Source: Methanobacteriota archaeon (GTDB taxonomy: Archaea > Thermoplasmatota > Thermoplasmata > SG8-5 > JAGLSY01). From it: a stretch of 64,000 nucleotides of DNA. Shown one piece after another: positions 32,062 to 41,094 of this stretch. Every line of letters starts with the position of its first letter. Position 1 is the first letter of the stretch. The translations under genes were made by a program, and so were the position numbers. The stretch spans positions 33,889-97,888 of the forward strand of contig JAEHCQ010000003.1 of the NCBI GenBank assembly GCA_020696385.1. The letters run 5' to 3'. The notes under the pieces are model-generated. The model had not been told where the DNA came from. It saw only the letters and a program-made list of their open reading frames with translations, and did not search any database.

Positions 32062-32376
32062 TCAAACGATATCTGGCTCACAAGAGCCATCATCGAACAA
32101 TTCTGTTTCCAACCTAAATGTGACATTCATGCCCTTGAGCAATTCATGCACCTTGTCGGCAAAGAAAACAGCTTCATTAACAGTGGCATTGTTATTCCAC
32201 TCATAAACGAAATCATAGTTTCCAGTGGTTGGCTTGAATCCGATATTGCTAAGGCGGTCGACTACTTCCGAAGGCTTTGCACCCTCTGTGCTGAACATCA
32301 TTGTCATATAGGTTTTCATTGGTATCAATATGGATATGGCTTCGGGGTGTATTAAACCTTTTGATTTAACTATCAA
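32062..32376 (-). CDS. hypothetical small protein
   Basis: ORF of 104 aa from a TTG start. An internal ATG at 32319 would give 85 aa (MKTYMTMMFSTEGAKPSEVVDRLSNIGF...). No family recognised. Confidence 0.3.
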   Translation of the reverse strand: MIVKSKGLIHPEAISILIPMKTYMTMMFSTEGAKPSEVVDRLSNIGFKPTTGNYDFVYEWNNNATVNEAVFFADKVHELLKGMNVTFRLETELFDDGSCEPDIV

Positions 32377-32425
32377 AATAAATCAGGAGAAAAATACATA
32401 TTGGCTCCCATGTTTATCCGACGGT

Positions 32426-32926
32426 ATGAAACCCAAGATCCATGAATCATGTTATATCAATCCAGCAGCCGTCATCATTGGTGATGTGGAGATCGCCGAG
32501 GGGTGCTCCGTATATGCCGGAGCAGTCATCAGAGCAGATCTAGCCCCAGTCAGAATAGGAGCTGGCTCCAATGTTCAGGAGAACTGCGTGATACATGTTT
32601 CCAGGAATTATCCAGTTACCATCGGCAAGGATGTTTCACTAGGGCATTGTTGTGTTGTCCATGGAGCAACCATACATGATGAAACAATAATCGGAATGAA
32701 CTCGGTGGTTATGAATGGCTCCGAGATCGGTGCTGGCTCCATTGTAGGAGGCAATGCTTTTGTAAGGGATGGGACGAAAGTTCCAGCTGGCAGCATGGTC
32801 CTGGGAGTTCCGGCGAAGATCATCAAGTCGGGAGATGCCAGCTTACTTGAACAGACACGCTTCAATGCAGAGACCTACCACATGCTCAGAGATGAACATC
32901 GAGCTGGGAAGCATGAACGGTATTGA
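32426..32926 (+). CDS. gamma-carbonic-anhydrase-family / hexapeptide-repeat protein (YrdA/PaaY/CaiE-like)
   Basis: Left-handed beta-helix hexapeptide repeats (IGDVEIAEGCSVYAGAVIRAD, IGAGSNVQENCVIHV, IGKDVSLGHCCVVHGATIHDETIIGMNSVV) with His residues in the positions that bind metal in gamma-CA. The start is moved to ATG 32426 (MKPKIHESCYI). Confidence 0.8.
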   Translation: MKPKIHESCYINPAAVIIGDVEIAEGCSVYAGAVIRADLAPVRIGAGSNVQENCVIHVSRNYPVTIGKDVSLGHCCVVHGATIHDETIIGMNSVVMNGSEIGAGSIVGGNAFVRDGTKVPAGSMVLGVPAKIIKSGDASLLEQTRFNAETYHMLRDEHRAGKHERY

Positions 32927-33063
32927 ATAGTTGAGGAGCTATTTGAGTTCATGGAGTTTGTAGAGTTAACTCCAAAAACTCCCAACTCACTAAACTCTAT
33001 GAACTCATTTATTATATCTTATCAATAGTAAACTATATGTGGGTGTGTGTGTTTTTCGTGCCG

Positions 33064-34530
33064 ATGAGAAGCCTCAGGATAATGATGTCGGTTTTTATAG
33101 TCGTGGCTTTATTTATATCGCTGGCCCCCCTTTCAGAGGCAGCGGATACTGTGCCGCCAGTCACCACATTGACAATTATCGGAGCTCAATGGGATATTGA
33201 CATTACCAATGTGTCATATACCTACATCAATTCCACTACCCAATTCAATCTCACAGCCCAGGACGATAATGGAACTATTTCCCAGATATCATACAGGATA
33301 TGGTATCCGGCAAGCAATTGGACTGCCTGGACCAATTATTCTAGTAATTTCACCATAGATGCTGATCTTGACGGCTTCCATTACATCGAATATTACGCAA
33401 TGGACAATGCCAGCAATAATGAGACCGTGAACAATCAGACGGTCTTTTTCGATGATAACGATCCAAGAATAGAGAGCAATAATCCAATGGACGGTAGCGT
33501 GGATATCTCCTGGGGAACTGATATCTCGATCATATTCAATGAACCCATGAACATATCGTCTGTCGAGAATGTCACTTCAATAGAGCCAGCAGTCGAGATC
33601 GATGCTTATGAATGGACATCCAATAACACAAACTTGACAATAATTCTAAAGGATAATATGAATCACAGCATGGTCTATACTCTCACAATGGGCATGAATG
33701 CATCCGATATCATGGGTAGTTTCATTGGATCCAATTATTCCTTTAGCTTTACAATATGGCAGGACTTCGATGATGATGGCCAGCCAGATATCCAGGATGA
33801 TGATGATGATAATGATGGATTCACGGATATCTGGGAAGACTTCATGGAAACATCACCGACAAATGCAACAGATATGCCTGTTGACACAGACAATGATGGA
33901 GCACCAGATGGTGATTGGAACAATTCCCAAGCATGGATGGATCTGGATGATGATAATGATAAAGTTCCTGATCTTAATGATACTTTTCCACTCGACCCCA
34001 GAGAGCAGATAGACACAGATGGCGATGGTGTCGGAGATTATGCGGACGACGACGATGACGACGATGGTGTGGACGATAACGAGGATGTCTTCCCATTGAA
34101 TGAGGATGAATGGGTAGACACCGATGAGGACGGTATCGGCAATAATGAGGACACGGATGATGACAATGATGGCTATGTTGACATCCATGATGCCTTCCCA
34201 CTGGATGCCACCGAGTTCCTGGACACTGATAGGGATGGAATTGGCAATAATATCGACACCGACGATGATGGGGACAATGTAACAGATGCAGAGGATCCAT
34301 TCCCACTTGACAAATCAGAATGGGCGGACTTCGATGGTGATGGCATCGGAGATAATGGGGATACGGATGATGACAATGATGGCTATGTTGACAGCATTGA
34401 TCCAGACCCATACGATGCAGAAGTAGGAAGATTCAGCGACGGTATTATCTTATTATGGCTCATAATCGGAATTATAGTGGTATTGGTAGGTCTCATGGCC
34501 TTCCTTATCGTTAAAGGGCCTCCACAATAG
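33064..34530 (+). CDS. cell-surface protein with Ig-like N-terminal domains, thrombospondin-type-3-like Ca-binding repeats and C-terminal TM anchor
   Basis: Signal peptide [26 protein letters not shown]. Very dense N-x-S/T sequons in the first 250 aa. Eight or more D-x-D-x-D-G-x-x-D-type repeats ([76 protein letters not shown]). C-terminal TM segment [22 protein letters not shown]. Confidence 0.7.
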   Translation: MRSLRIMMSVFIVVALFISLAPLSEAADTVPPVTTLTIIGAQWDIDITNVSYTYINSTTQFNLTAQDDNGTISQISYRIWYPASNWTAWTNYSSNFTIDADLDGFHYIEYYAMDNASNNETVNNQTVFFDDNDPRIESNNPMDGSVDISWGTDISIIFNEPMNISSVENVTSIEPAVEIDAYEWTSNNTNLTIILKDNMNHSMVYTLTMGMNASDIMGSFIGSNYSFSFTIWQDFDDDGQPDIQDDDDDNDGFTDIWEDFMETSPTNATDMPVDTDNDGAPDGDWNNSQAWMDLDDDNDKVPDLNDTFPLDPREQIDTDGDGVGDYADDDDDDDGVDDNEDVFPLNEDEWVDTDEDGIGNNEDTDDDNDGYVDIHDAFPLDATEFLDTDRDGIGNNIDTDDDGDNVTDAEDPFPLDKSEWADFDGDGIGDNGDTDDDNDGYVDSIDPDPYDAEVGRFSDGIILLWLIIGIIVVLVGLMAFLIVKGPPQ

Positions 34531-34687
34531 ATCTGTAAACTACACTACAGATCACAAATGACCCACATACCAATACCAACCTTGAGAATCTTGAAAGATC
34601 ACATTTGTGAAATAACAGCATATTTGTACGATTTGATATTTCAAAACCTTTATTATCCCATTTAAGATACCCACCTTCGGTGATATC

Positions 34688-35764
34688 TTGTCACATAACA
34701 GACTATTCATACCTGGACCAACAGAAGCGTTGCCCGAAGTGTTAGCAAAGCAGACCGATTACCTCATTGGCCATCGAAGCAAGGACTTTACAGCCTTGTA
34801 CACCGGGATCATCGGCAAGCTCCAAGAGTATTTTGAGACCGAACAGCACGCGACCGTGTTAACGTCATCTGGAACTATCTGGATGGACATAACTGCCCGC
34901 AATATTGTGCAGAAAAAGGCACTGGCCGGAGTTTGCGGAGCTTTTTCACAGAGGATGGCCAAGACCATTAGCGACTCTGGGAAGGAAGTTGACACCCTGG
35001 ATGTCGAATGGGGTCAGGCAATTAAACCAGAGGCTGTTCTTGAGGCACTGGCAAAGGATGATTATGACACAGTTGCCATAGTTCACAATGAAACCTCAAC
35101 GGGTGTTCGCAACCCGGTAGGAGATATTGGCGCGGCCATCAAGAAAGAGTATCCGGATATCATGTTCGTCGTGGATGCTGTTTCCTCAATGGGTGGAAAT
35201 TACATGGTGCCGGAGAAGATGAACACTGACATTTTATTCGCATCCACCCAGAAGTGTTTCGCATTACCCCCTGGTCTTTCCATAGCCCTGTATTCGGAAG
35301 AGGCAGTGGAGAGAGCGAGGACCGTACCTGGCCGTGGCTTTTACACCGACCTCGTAGGAATTCATGATTATTATCTCAAGAAACAGCAGAACCCAACCAC
35401 ACCCAATATGTCCCTGATGTACGCGCTCACATACCAGCTGGACAGGATGCTGGCAGAAGGAGCGAAGGCAAGGCATGACCGCCATGAGCAGATGGCACAG
35501 TATACCAGAGCCTGGGCCAACAGGTACATGGAGATGTTCCCAGAGCCTGGCTATGAATCAATTACAGTATCCACCATTGCCAATACACAGGAGAAGAACA
35601 TTGGAGATCTGAACAAGGAACTGGCAAAGAAAGGATATCAGATCGCGAACGGTTACGGAGCCAAACTGAAAGAGAAAACATTCAGGATCGGACACATGGG
35701 AGAATGGAACCTGGATGATGTCAAGTCATTACTTTGGCATATCGACGAAATATGGGAGCAATAG
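34688..35764 (+). CDS. class-V aminotransferase, probable phosphoserine aminotransferase (archaeal-type SerC)
   Basis: 358 aa AGXT/class-V fold (IPGPTEALPEVL..., STQKCFALPPGLS with the PLP-Lys region). It lies directly upstream of serA. TTG start 34688. Confidence 0.7.
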   Translation: MSHNRLFIPGPTEALPEVLAKQTDYLIGHRSKDFTALYTGIIGKLQEYFETEQHATVLTSSGTIWMDITARNIVQKKALAGVCGAFSQRMAKTISDSGKEVDTLDVEWGQAIKPEAVLEALAKDDYDTVAIVHNETSTGVRNPVGDIGAAIKKEYPDIMFVVDAVSSMGGNYMVPEKMNTDILFASTQKCFALPPGLSIALYSEEAVERARTVPGRGFYTDLVGIHDYYLKKQQNPTTPNMSLMYALTYQLDRMLAEGAKARHDRHEQMAQYTRAWANRYMEMFPEPGYESITVSTIANTQEKNIGDLNKELAKKGYQIANGYGAKLKEKTFRIGHMGEWNLDDVKSLLWHIDEIWEQ

Positions 35765-35784
35765 AAATATCAGGAGGGTGTGAA

Positions 35785-36684
35785 ATGAAAATAATAGTAT
35801 CGGACAAGCTGGCAATGGAAGGCGTGCAGAAACTGAAGGATGGCGGATTTGAAGTTCTCGAGGCCTGGGATGAGCCAAAGGACAAGCTGCCAGAGCTGAT
35901 AGCCGATTGCGACGCTATCGTCATCAGAAGCGCGACCAAGGCCACGAAGGAACTCATAGACGCTGGCACCCAGCTCAAAGTAATTGGCAGGGCGGGTATC
36001 GGCCTGGACAATGTGGACCTGGAGCATGCCAAGGCAAAAGGAATTGTAGTTGTCAATACACCAGCAGCCACCACCGCATCAGTTGCGGAGCTCACATTCA
36101 CATTGATGCTGGCCACAGTTCGCGATGTGGTTCGCGGAACTACCGGTATCAAAGAAGGCAAGTGGGAAAAGAAACAGCTCAAGGGCAATGAGGTCTTCGG
36201 AAGGACACTGGGTGTCATCGGTATCGGCCGCATAGGAACTGCTGTGGCCGAGAGAGCCGAAGCCTTTGGAATGAAGATCCTGGCCTATGATCCTTACACA
36301 AAGAGCGATAAATTCGAAAATGTCGATCTGGACACAATAATAGCACAGAGCGATTTCATCACCCAGCATCTACCGCTTACTCCCGAAACAAAACACATGA
36401 TCGGTAAGGACCAGTTCGCCAGAATGAAAGATGGCGTGACCATTCTCAATGTCGCCCGTGGCGGAACCATCGATGAAGAAGCACTATATGATGCGATGGT
36501 CAGCGGAAAGGTGGCCAAGGCCGCACTGGATGTCTTCGAAGTGGAGCCTCCAGTTGACAATAAACTGCTAACACTGCCCAATCTCATATGCACACCCCAC
36601 ATAGGTGCGCAGACGCATGAAGGCCAGCTGAGAGCAGGTATCCAGGTTGCCGAGCGCGTGATGGAAGAACTGAACAAATTATAA
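35785..36684 (+). CDS. serA: D-3-phosphoglycerate dehydrogenase (short form, no ACT domain) / D-2-hydroxyacid dehydrogenase
   Basis: NAD-binding GxGxxG (LGVIGIGRIGTAV) and a catalytic region with the His/Glu/Arg pattern (…CTPHIGAQTHE…). SD aggaggg precedes ATG 35785. Confidence 0.8.
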   Translation: MKIIVSDKLAMEGVQKLKDGGFEVLEAWDEPKDKLPELIADCDAIVIRSATKATKELIDAGTQLKVIGRAGIGLDNVDLEHAKAKGIVVVNTPAATTASVAELTFTLMLATVRDVVRGTTGIKEGKWEKKQLKGNEVFGRTLGVIGIGRIGTAVAERAEAFGMKILAYDPYTKSDKFENVDLDTIIAQSDFITQHLPLTPETKHMIGKDQFARMKDGVTILNVARGGTIDEEALYDAMVSGKVAKAALDVFEVEPPVDNKLLTLPNLICTPHIGAQTHEGQLRAGIQVAERVMEELNKL

Positions 36685-36702
36685 TTGATAAGAGGTGAAA
36701 AA

Positions 36703-37941
36703 ATGGTAGTAGTAAGGGCATTCAAAGGTCTCAGACCGAGAAAGGACGTCGCGGACAAAGTGGCATCACCACCATATGATGTGCTGGATTCTGATGAGGC
36801 TAGGGAGCTGGTGAAGACCAATCCAATGAGCTTTCTCCGAGTTGTGAAGCCAGAGGTCGATCTTGATAAGGACATCGACCTGTACAGTGACGAGGTATAT
36901 CAGCAGGGAGCCAGCAATCTACAGGCTCTCATAGATGATGGAATAATGGTACAGGATAAGAAAGCCATATACTACTTCTACAAACAGGTGATGGGCGACC
37001 ATTCACAGGTCGGCCTTGTGGCTACTGTCGCAGCCACAAATTATGAGAATGACCTCATCAAAAAGCATGAATTCACCAAGCCAGATAAGGAAGCGGACCG
37101 AGTAAAACACATCATGACGCAGAATGCACAATGTGGACCTGTTTTCCTGACATATCCAGATGATGCGGGGTTCAATAAACTTCAGGAGGAATTCTGCGCG
37201 GCCAATGAACCATTCGCGGACTTTGTTTCGCCGGATGGTATCGGCCACGTCTTCTGGACGGTCGAGGATAAAAAACTGATAACCGCGATCAAGAAGACCT
37301 TTGACAAGATTCCAGCTCTGTATGTGGCAGACGGCCATCACAGAAGTGCGGCTGGCACTATAGTCGCACAGACCCGAAGATCAGAAAACAAAAAGCACAA
37401 GGGTGATGAAGAATACAACTTCTTCCTGGCTGTCATATTCCCAAAGAGCAATATGAAGATACTGGCCTACAATCGAGCGGTGGCAGATCTCAATGGACTT
37501 TCAAAGGAAGAGTTCTTTGAAAAGGTGGGCAAGGATTTTCTCATCGCGCCCGATGCTGACCCAGTACCGACCTGCAATCATTTTTACTCCGCTTATATTG
37601 ATGGCGAGTGGTTTGGATTGGAGCCACGTTACGGCACATATCCAGCTGACGACCCGGTGAAGAGCCTGGATGCCAGCATACTACAGGAGAACCTGCTCGG
37701 ACCCATACTGGGCATTGAAGACCCGAGGACCAGCCAGCGCATAAAGTTCATAGGCGGTATCAGGGGAACACAGGAGTTGGAGAAGCTTGTCAACTCTGGC
37801 AAATTCCAGATAGCCTTCTCCATGCACGCAACTTCTATCAGCGAACTGATGGAAGTTGCGGACAGCGGCAATGTCATGCCTCCCAAATCCACCTGGTTCG
37901 AGCCAAAGCTGAGAAGCGGGCTTGTTGTTCATCAGATATGA
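36703..37941 (+). CDS. DUF1015-family protein
   Basis: N-terminus MVVVRAFKGLRPRKDVADKVASPPYDVLDSDEARE matches the DUF1015 signature (M..I.PF.ALRP......V..PPYDV....EAR). It begins 18 nt after the serA stop and has SD gaggtga. Confidence 0.7.
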   Translation: MVVVRAFKGLRPRKDVADKVASPPYDVLDSDEARELVKTNPMSFLRVVKPEVDLDKDIDLYSDEVYQQGASNLQALIDDGIMVQDKKAIYYFYKQVMGDHSQVGLVATVAATNYENDLIKKHEFTKPDKEADRVKHIMTQNAQCGPVFLTYPDDAGFNKLQEEFCAANEPFADFVSPDGIGHVFWTVEDKKLITAIKKTFDKIPALYVADGHHRSAAGTIVAQTRRSENKKHKGDEEYNFFLAVIFPKSNMKILAYNRAVADLNGLSKEEFFEKVGKDFLIAPDADPVPTCNHFYSAYIDGEWFGLEPRYGTYPADDPVKSLDASILQENLLGPILGIEDPRTSQRIKFIGGIRGTQELEKLVNSGKFQIAFSMHATSISELMEVADSGNVMPPKSTWFEPKLRSGLVVHQI

Positions 37942-38048
37942 TCTTGTGCATATTGGGCAAATAGTAAGAGGTAAATTACGCCAGAGTTTAGGATGACTCA
38001 GGCGTACTCTATTAAATAAGATGCTGTCTTTAGGAAAATCGAAGTTTT

Positions 38049-38831
38049 ATGGTTCAGAAGATCAGTGGCATTATTGCAGACCGCGCTTACTCCGAATATG
38101 AGAAAAAGCTTGTCAAAGAGGTTCAGGACGGCAAGACTCCCAATCATCTGGCTATCATCATGGATGGTAATCGACGCTTCGCAATGGAGCTGGGGCTTGG
38201 CAAGGCAGAGGGGCATGTCCAGGGCAAGAACAAGCTGGAGGAAGTTCTAGAATGGTGTTTGGAGGCCGATATTAAAATTCTAACTGTTTACGCATTCTCA
38301 ACCGAGAACATGACCCGCGATTCAGATGAACTGGCCACTCTGATGAAGCTGTTCGAAGAGAGCTTCAGAAAAGTGGCTGTGGACGAGCGTGTGATAAAGA
38401 ACAAGATCAAGGTTCGTGTACTCGGGGACACCCAGTTACTTCCAGATAATGTTCAGGAAGCCATTAAGTTTGCCGAAGAAAAGACCAAGGATCATAATAA
38501 TCATACTTTCAACCTGGCCATTGCTTATGGAGGTCGTCAAGAGATCATCATGGCCATCAAGAAGATCGCTGAAAGCGTGAAGAAAGGTGATCTGGAGCCA
38601 GCAGATATCAATGAAAAGATCTTTGCGGATTTTCTATACACTGCCGACCTTCCGGATCCTGACCTCGTCCTTAGAACATCGGGCGAGGAGCGTATATCCA
38701 ACTTCCTATTATGGCAACTGGCCTATTCAGAATTATACTTCACAGATGTGTACTGGCCAGGCTTTAGAAAGATCGATTTTTTAAGGGCTATAAGAGAGTA
38801 TCAGAAGAGAGCAAGAAGATACGGGAAATAG
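38049..38831 (+). CDS. uppS: cis-prenyltransferase, undecaprenyl-diphosphate synthase family
   Basis: HLAIIMDGNRRFA catalytic motif and a C-terminal ...LRTSGEERISNFLLWQLAYSELYF. Confidence 0.85.
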   Translation: MVQKISGIIADRAYSEYEKKLVKEVQDGKTPNHLAIIMDGNRRFAMELGLGKAEGHVQGKNKLEEVLEWCLEADIKILTVYAFSTENMTRDSDELATLMKLFEESFRKVAVDERVIKNKIKVRVLGDTQLLPDNVQEAIKFAEEKTKDHNNHTFNLAIAYGGRQEIIMAIKKIAESVKKGDLEPADINEKIFADFLYTADLPDPDLVLRTSGEERISNFLLWQLAYSELYFTDVYWPGFRKIDFLRAIREYQKRARRYGK

Positions 38832-38985
38832 ACGAGCGAGCAGGCTTGGGCGAATTTTCTTTTTTAAGATGTGCATTTTAGAAATGCATGCATCTTTTTT
38901 ATCAAGCCAGATGGCTTGATTCAGCACTGTAATACTTTTCTTTTAGAGCCCAAGCCAGCACAGCGAGGTAAAAAGAAAAGGCTTA
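38796..38985. repeat. tandem duplication unit 1 (uppS 3' end + terminator hairpins)
   Basis: gagtatcagaagagagcaagaagatacgggaaata...ggcgaattttcttttttaagatgtgcattttagaaatgcatgcatcttttttatcaagccagatggcttgattcagcactgtaatactt recurs at 38987-39182. Confidence 0.8.
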
Positions 38986-38986
38986 C

Positions 38987-39182
38987 GTGAGTATCAGAAG
39001 AGAGCAAGAAGATACGGGAAATAAACGAGCGAGCAGGCTGAATCTCAGCAAAGCTGAGCTTTCAGAATCTCGGCATAGCCGAGCTCCGGCGAATTTTCTT
39101 TTTTAAGATGTGCATTTTAGAAATGCATGCATCTTTTTTATCAAGCCAGATGGCTTGATTCAGCACTGTAATACTTGTTCTT
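38987..39182. repeat. tandem duplication unit 2, carrying a 48-nt insertion with two small hairpins
   Basis: A second copy of the uppS last ~12 codons (EYQKRARRYGK*) plus the terminator region. The insert gaatctcagcaaagctgagctttcagaatctcggcatagccgagctcc is absent from unit 1. Confidence 0.8.
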
Positions 39183-39246
39183 TTTAAATATGGCAAGTAA
39201 GCCATGATCTTTATAAATTAAAATTAGCAATTGTGGGCTAATTAAT

Positions 39247-39897
39247 TCAGAATATTGGCCCATAGTCTGCGACGAAATTTATAATTCCAGTCATGACGAA
39301 CTGCACCGCGATGGCAGCCAGTATCAGACCCATTATCCTGGAGAAGGCCAGTGTTCCCATTCTACCGATCCTCTCGAATATCGCTTCTCCATAATACAGA
39401 ATGAAGTAAGAAGCAACCATGGTTATCAAGATTGCCAGTATCACCATGAGAGTGGCTGTTAAACTGAACCCATCAGCAGAACCATCAGACATGTAGATCA
39501 TCACCGTGGTTATAGCTCCCGGGCCACCAAACATCGGTACTCCAAGAGGAACGATACCGATGGCCTGGCGGTTCATCGCCTCTTCCTTGTCCTGCTCAGT
39601 CAGTTTTGCCTTGGATCGCGTACCATGCAGCATGGAAAATGCAATGCTGAAGAGTAAAAGACCACCTGCGATCCTGAAAGCTGGAATGGTTATGCTGAAT
39701 ATCTCAAATATATAATGGCCAGCAAGGGAAAATGTTACCAGGACCACAAAGGCCACTGTCACGATCTTCCATATGACCGAGTTTCGCTCTTCTCGAGTAT
39801 AGCCCTCGGTCAATGCCACGAAAAATGTCACGTTACCCACTGGATTGACTATGGCGAAGACTGCGATTATTACGGAGATAGCGAAATCAGTATCCAT
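39247..39897 (-). CDS. MarC-family (UPF0056) integral membrane protein
   Basis: ~216 aa, six predicted TM segments, with conserved motifs (NPVGNV..F, GIVPLGVPMFGGPGAITTV). Start moved to the internal ATG (MDTDFAISVIIAVFAIVNP). Confidence 0.7.
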   Translation of the reverse strand: MDTDFAISVIIAVFAIVNPVGNVTFFVALTEGYTREERNSVIWKIVTVAFVVLVTFSLAGHYIFEIFSITIPAFRIAGGLLLFSIAFSMLHGTRSKAKLTEQDKEEAMNRQAIGIVPLGVPMFGGPGAITTVMIYMSDGSADGFSLTATLMVILAILITMVASYFILYYGEAIFERIGRMGTLAFSRIMGLILAAIAVQFVMTGIINFVADYGPIF

Positions 39898-40027
39898 TGA
39901 AGCGTGGCAGACAGATACTGTATTTAAATATAGTGGCTGAATGAAAAATAAAAAAGAATAATTAAGAGGTATGAGAAACACCCGCCAAACGAAAAGGCGG
40001 GTGTTATCTCCTCATCGAGCACTTCGT

Positions 40028-40318
40028 TTATTTCTTGCCAGTCACCTTTATGATATGATAGCCGAACTGAGATCTAACAGGTCCAGACATCTCCCCTTTT
40101 TCAAGAGAGAAAGCAGCTTCCTCAAAGGGTTTGGCCATCTTGCCCTTTCCAAAGTACCCAAGATCTCCGCCCTTCGCTCTTGAAGGACAGCTTGACCACT
40201 TCTTCGCCTGGGTCTCGAAGCTCGCGCCTTCATTCAATTTCTTGATTATCTTCTCAGCCTCTGATTTCTTGCCAACAAGAATATGACTGGCTCTCACTTT
40301 CTTTACATCTTTAACCAT
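40028..40318 (-). CDS. parvulin-type peptidyl-prolyl cis-trans isomerase (single-domain, Par10/PinA-like), paralog 1
   Basis: VRASHILV...CPSRAKGGDLGYFGKGKMAKPFEEAAFSL...GPVRSQFGYHIIKV are parvulin catalytic motifs. Confidence 0.75.
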   Translation of the reverse strand: MVKDVKKVRASHILVGKKSEAEKIIKKLNEGASFETQAKKWSSCPSRAKGGDLGYFGKGKMAKPFEEAAFSLEKGEMSGPVRSQFGYHIIKVTGKK

Positions 40319-40346
40319 ATGATCACTCTTTATCAAACAATGAACC

Positions 40347-40637
40347 TCAGCGTTTTTTCATCACCCTGATGATATGATAACCGAACTGCGTCCTCACCGG
40401 CCCGGATGTTTCATCTTTCTCCAGAGAGAACGCAGCCTCCTCGAAGGGCTTTGCCATCTTCCCCCTTTCGAAATAGCCGAGGTCCCCTCCCCGCTTTTTG
40501 GAGGGACATTTTGAATAAGTCTTTGCCAGTGCAGTGAAGTTCGCTCCCTCTTCAAGCTTCTTCAATATCATATTTGCATCTCTTATAGTGCTAACGAGAA
40601 TATGTCTGGCTCTGACCTTCTTGATCTCTTTGGCCAT
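40347..40637 (-). CDS. parvulin-type PPIase, paralog 2
   Basis: MAKEIKKVRARHILV...CPSKKRGGDLGYFERGKMAKPFEEAAFSL...FGYHIIRV. Confidence 0.8.
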   Translation of the reverse strand: MAKEIKKVRARHILVSTIRDANMILKKLEEGANFTALAKTYSKCPSKKRGGDLGYFERGKMAKPFEEAAFSLEKDETSGPVRTQFGYHIIRVMKKR

Positions 40638-40665
40638 TATATCAGTACCTGACGACGATACAGGA

Positions 40666-40947
40666 TCAGCGCTTGTCCGTCACCATGATGATGTGGTAGC
40701 CGAACTGAGATTCCACTGGCTTGGATATCTCTCCGATCTCCATTGAAAAGGCCGCGTCCTCGAAGGCTTTTACCATTCTTCCCTTTCCAAAGAATCCAAG
40801 ATCTCCGCCACCCTTGCCGGATGGGCATGTTGAGAACTTCTTTGCCATATTGGCAAAATCCGATCCAGAGGCAAGTTTTCCACTGACCTTCTGCGCTTCC
40901 ATTTGAGTTTTCACAAGTATGTGACTGGCTTTGACTTCTGTTACCAT
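40666..40947 (-). CDS. parvulin-type PPIase, paralog 3
   Basis: MVTEVKASHILV...CPSGKGGGDLGFFGKGRMVKAFEDAAFSM...FGYHIIMV. Confidence 0.8.
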   Translation of the reverse strand: MVTEVKASHILVKTQMEAQKVSGKLASGSDFANMAKKFSTCPSGKGGGDLGFFGKGRMVKAFEDAAFSMEIGEISKPVESQFGYHIIMVTDKR

Positions 40948-40949
40948 AG

Positions 40950-41094
40950 TAATCGAACCACAAATGACACATTGAATATATATTGGTTATGAATCACAGA
41001 ATTATTATTGAATATATATTGATTTTGCAGAACCGCAGAATATTCATTGAATATAATTGGTTAGTAACCACAAATTGATCTTTGAGTATTACCA
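40950..41094. promoter_or_regulatory. parvulin operon upstream region with three ~40-bp direct repeats containing TTGAATATA(T/A)ATTG
   Basis: cattgaatatatattggtt...attgaatatatattgatt...cattgaatataattggtt read directly. Candidate operator/promoter repeats. Confidence 0.35.
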
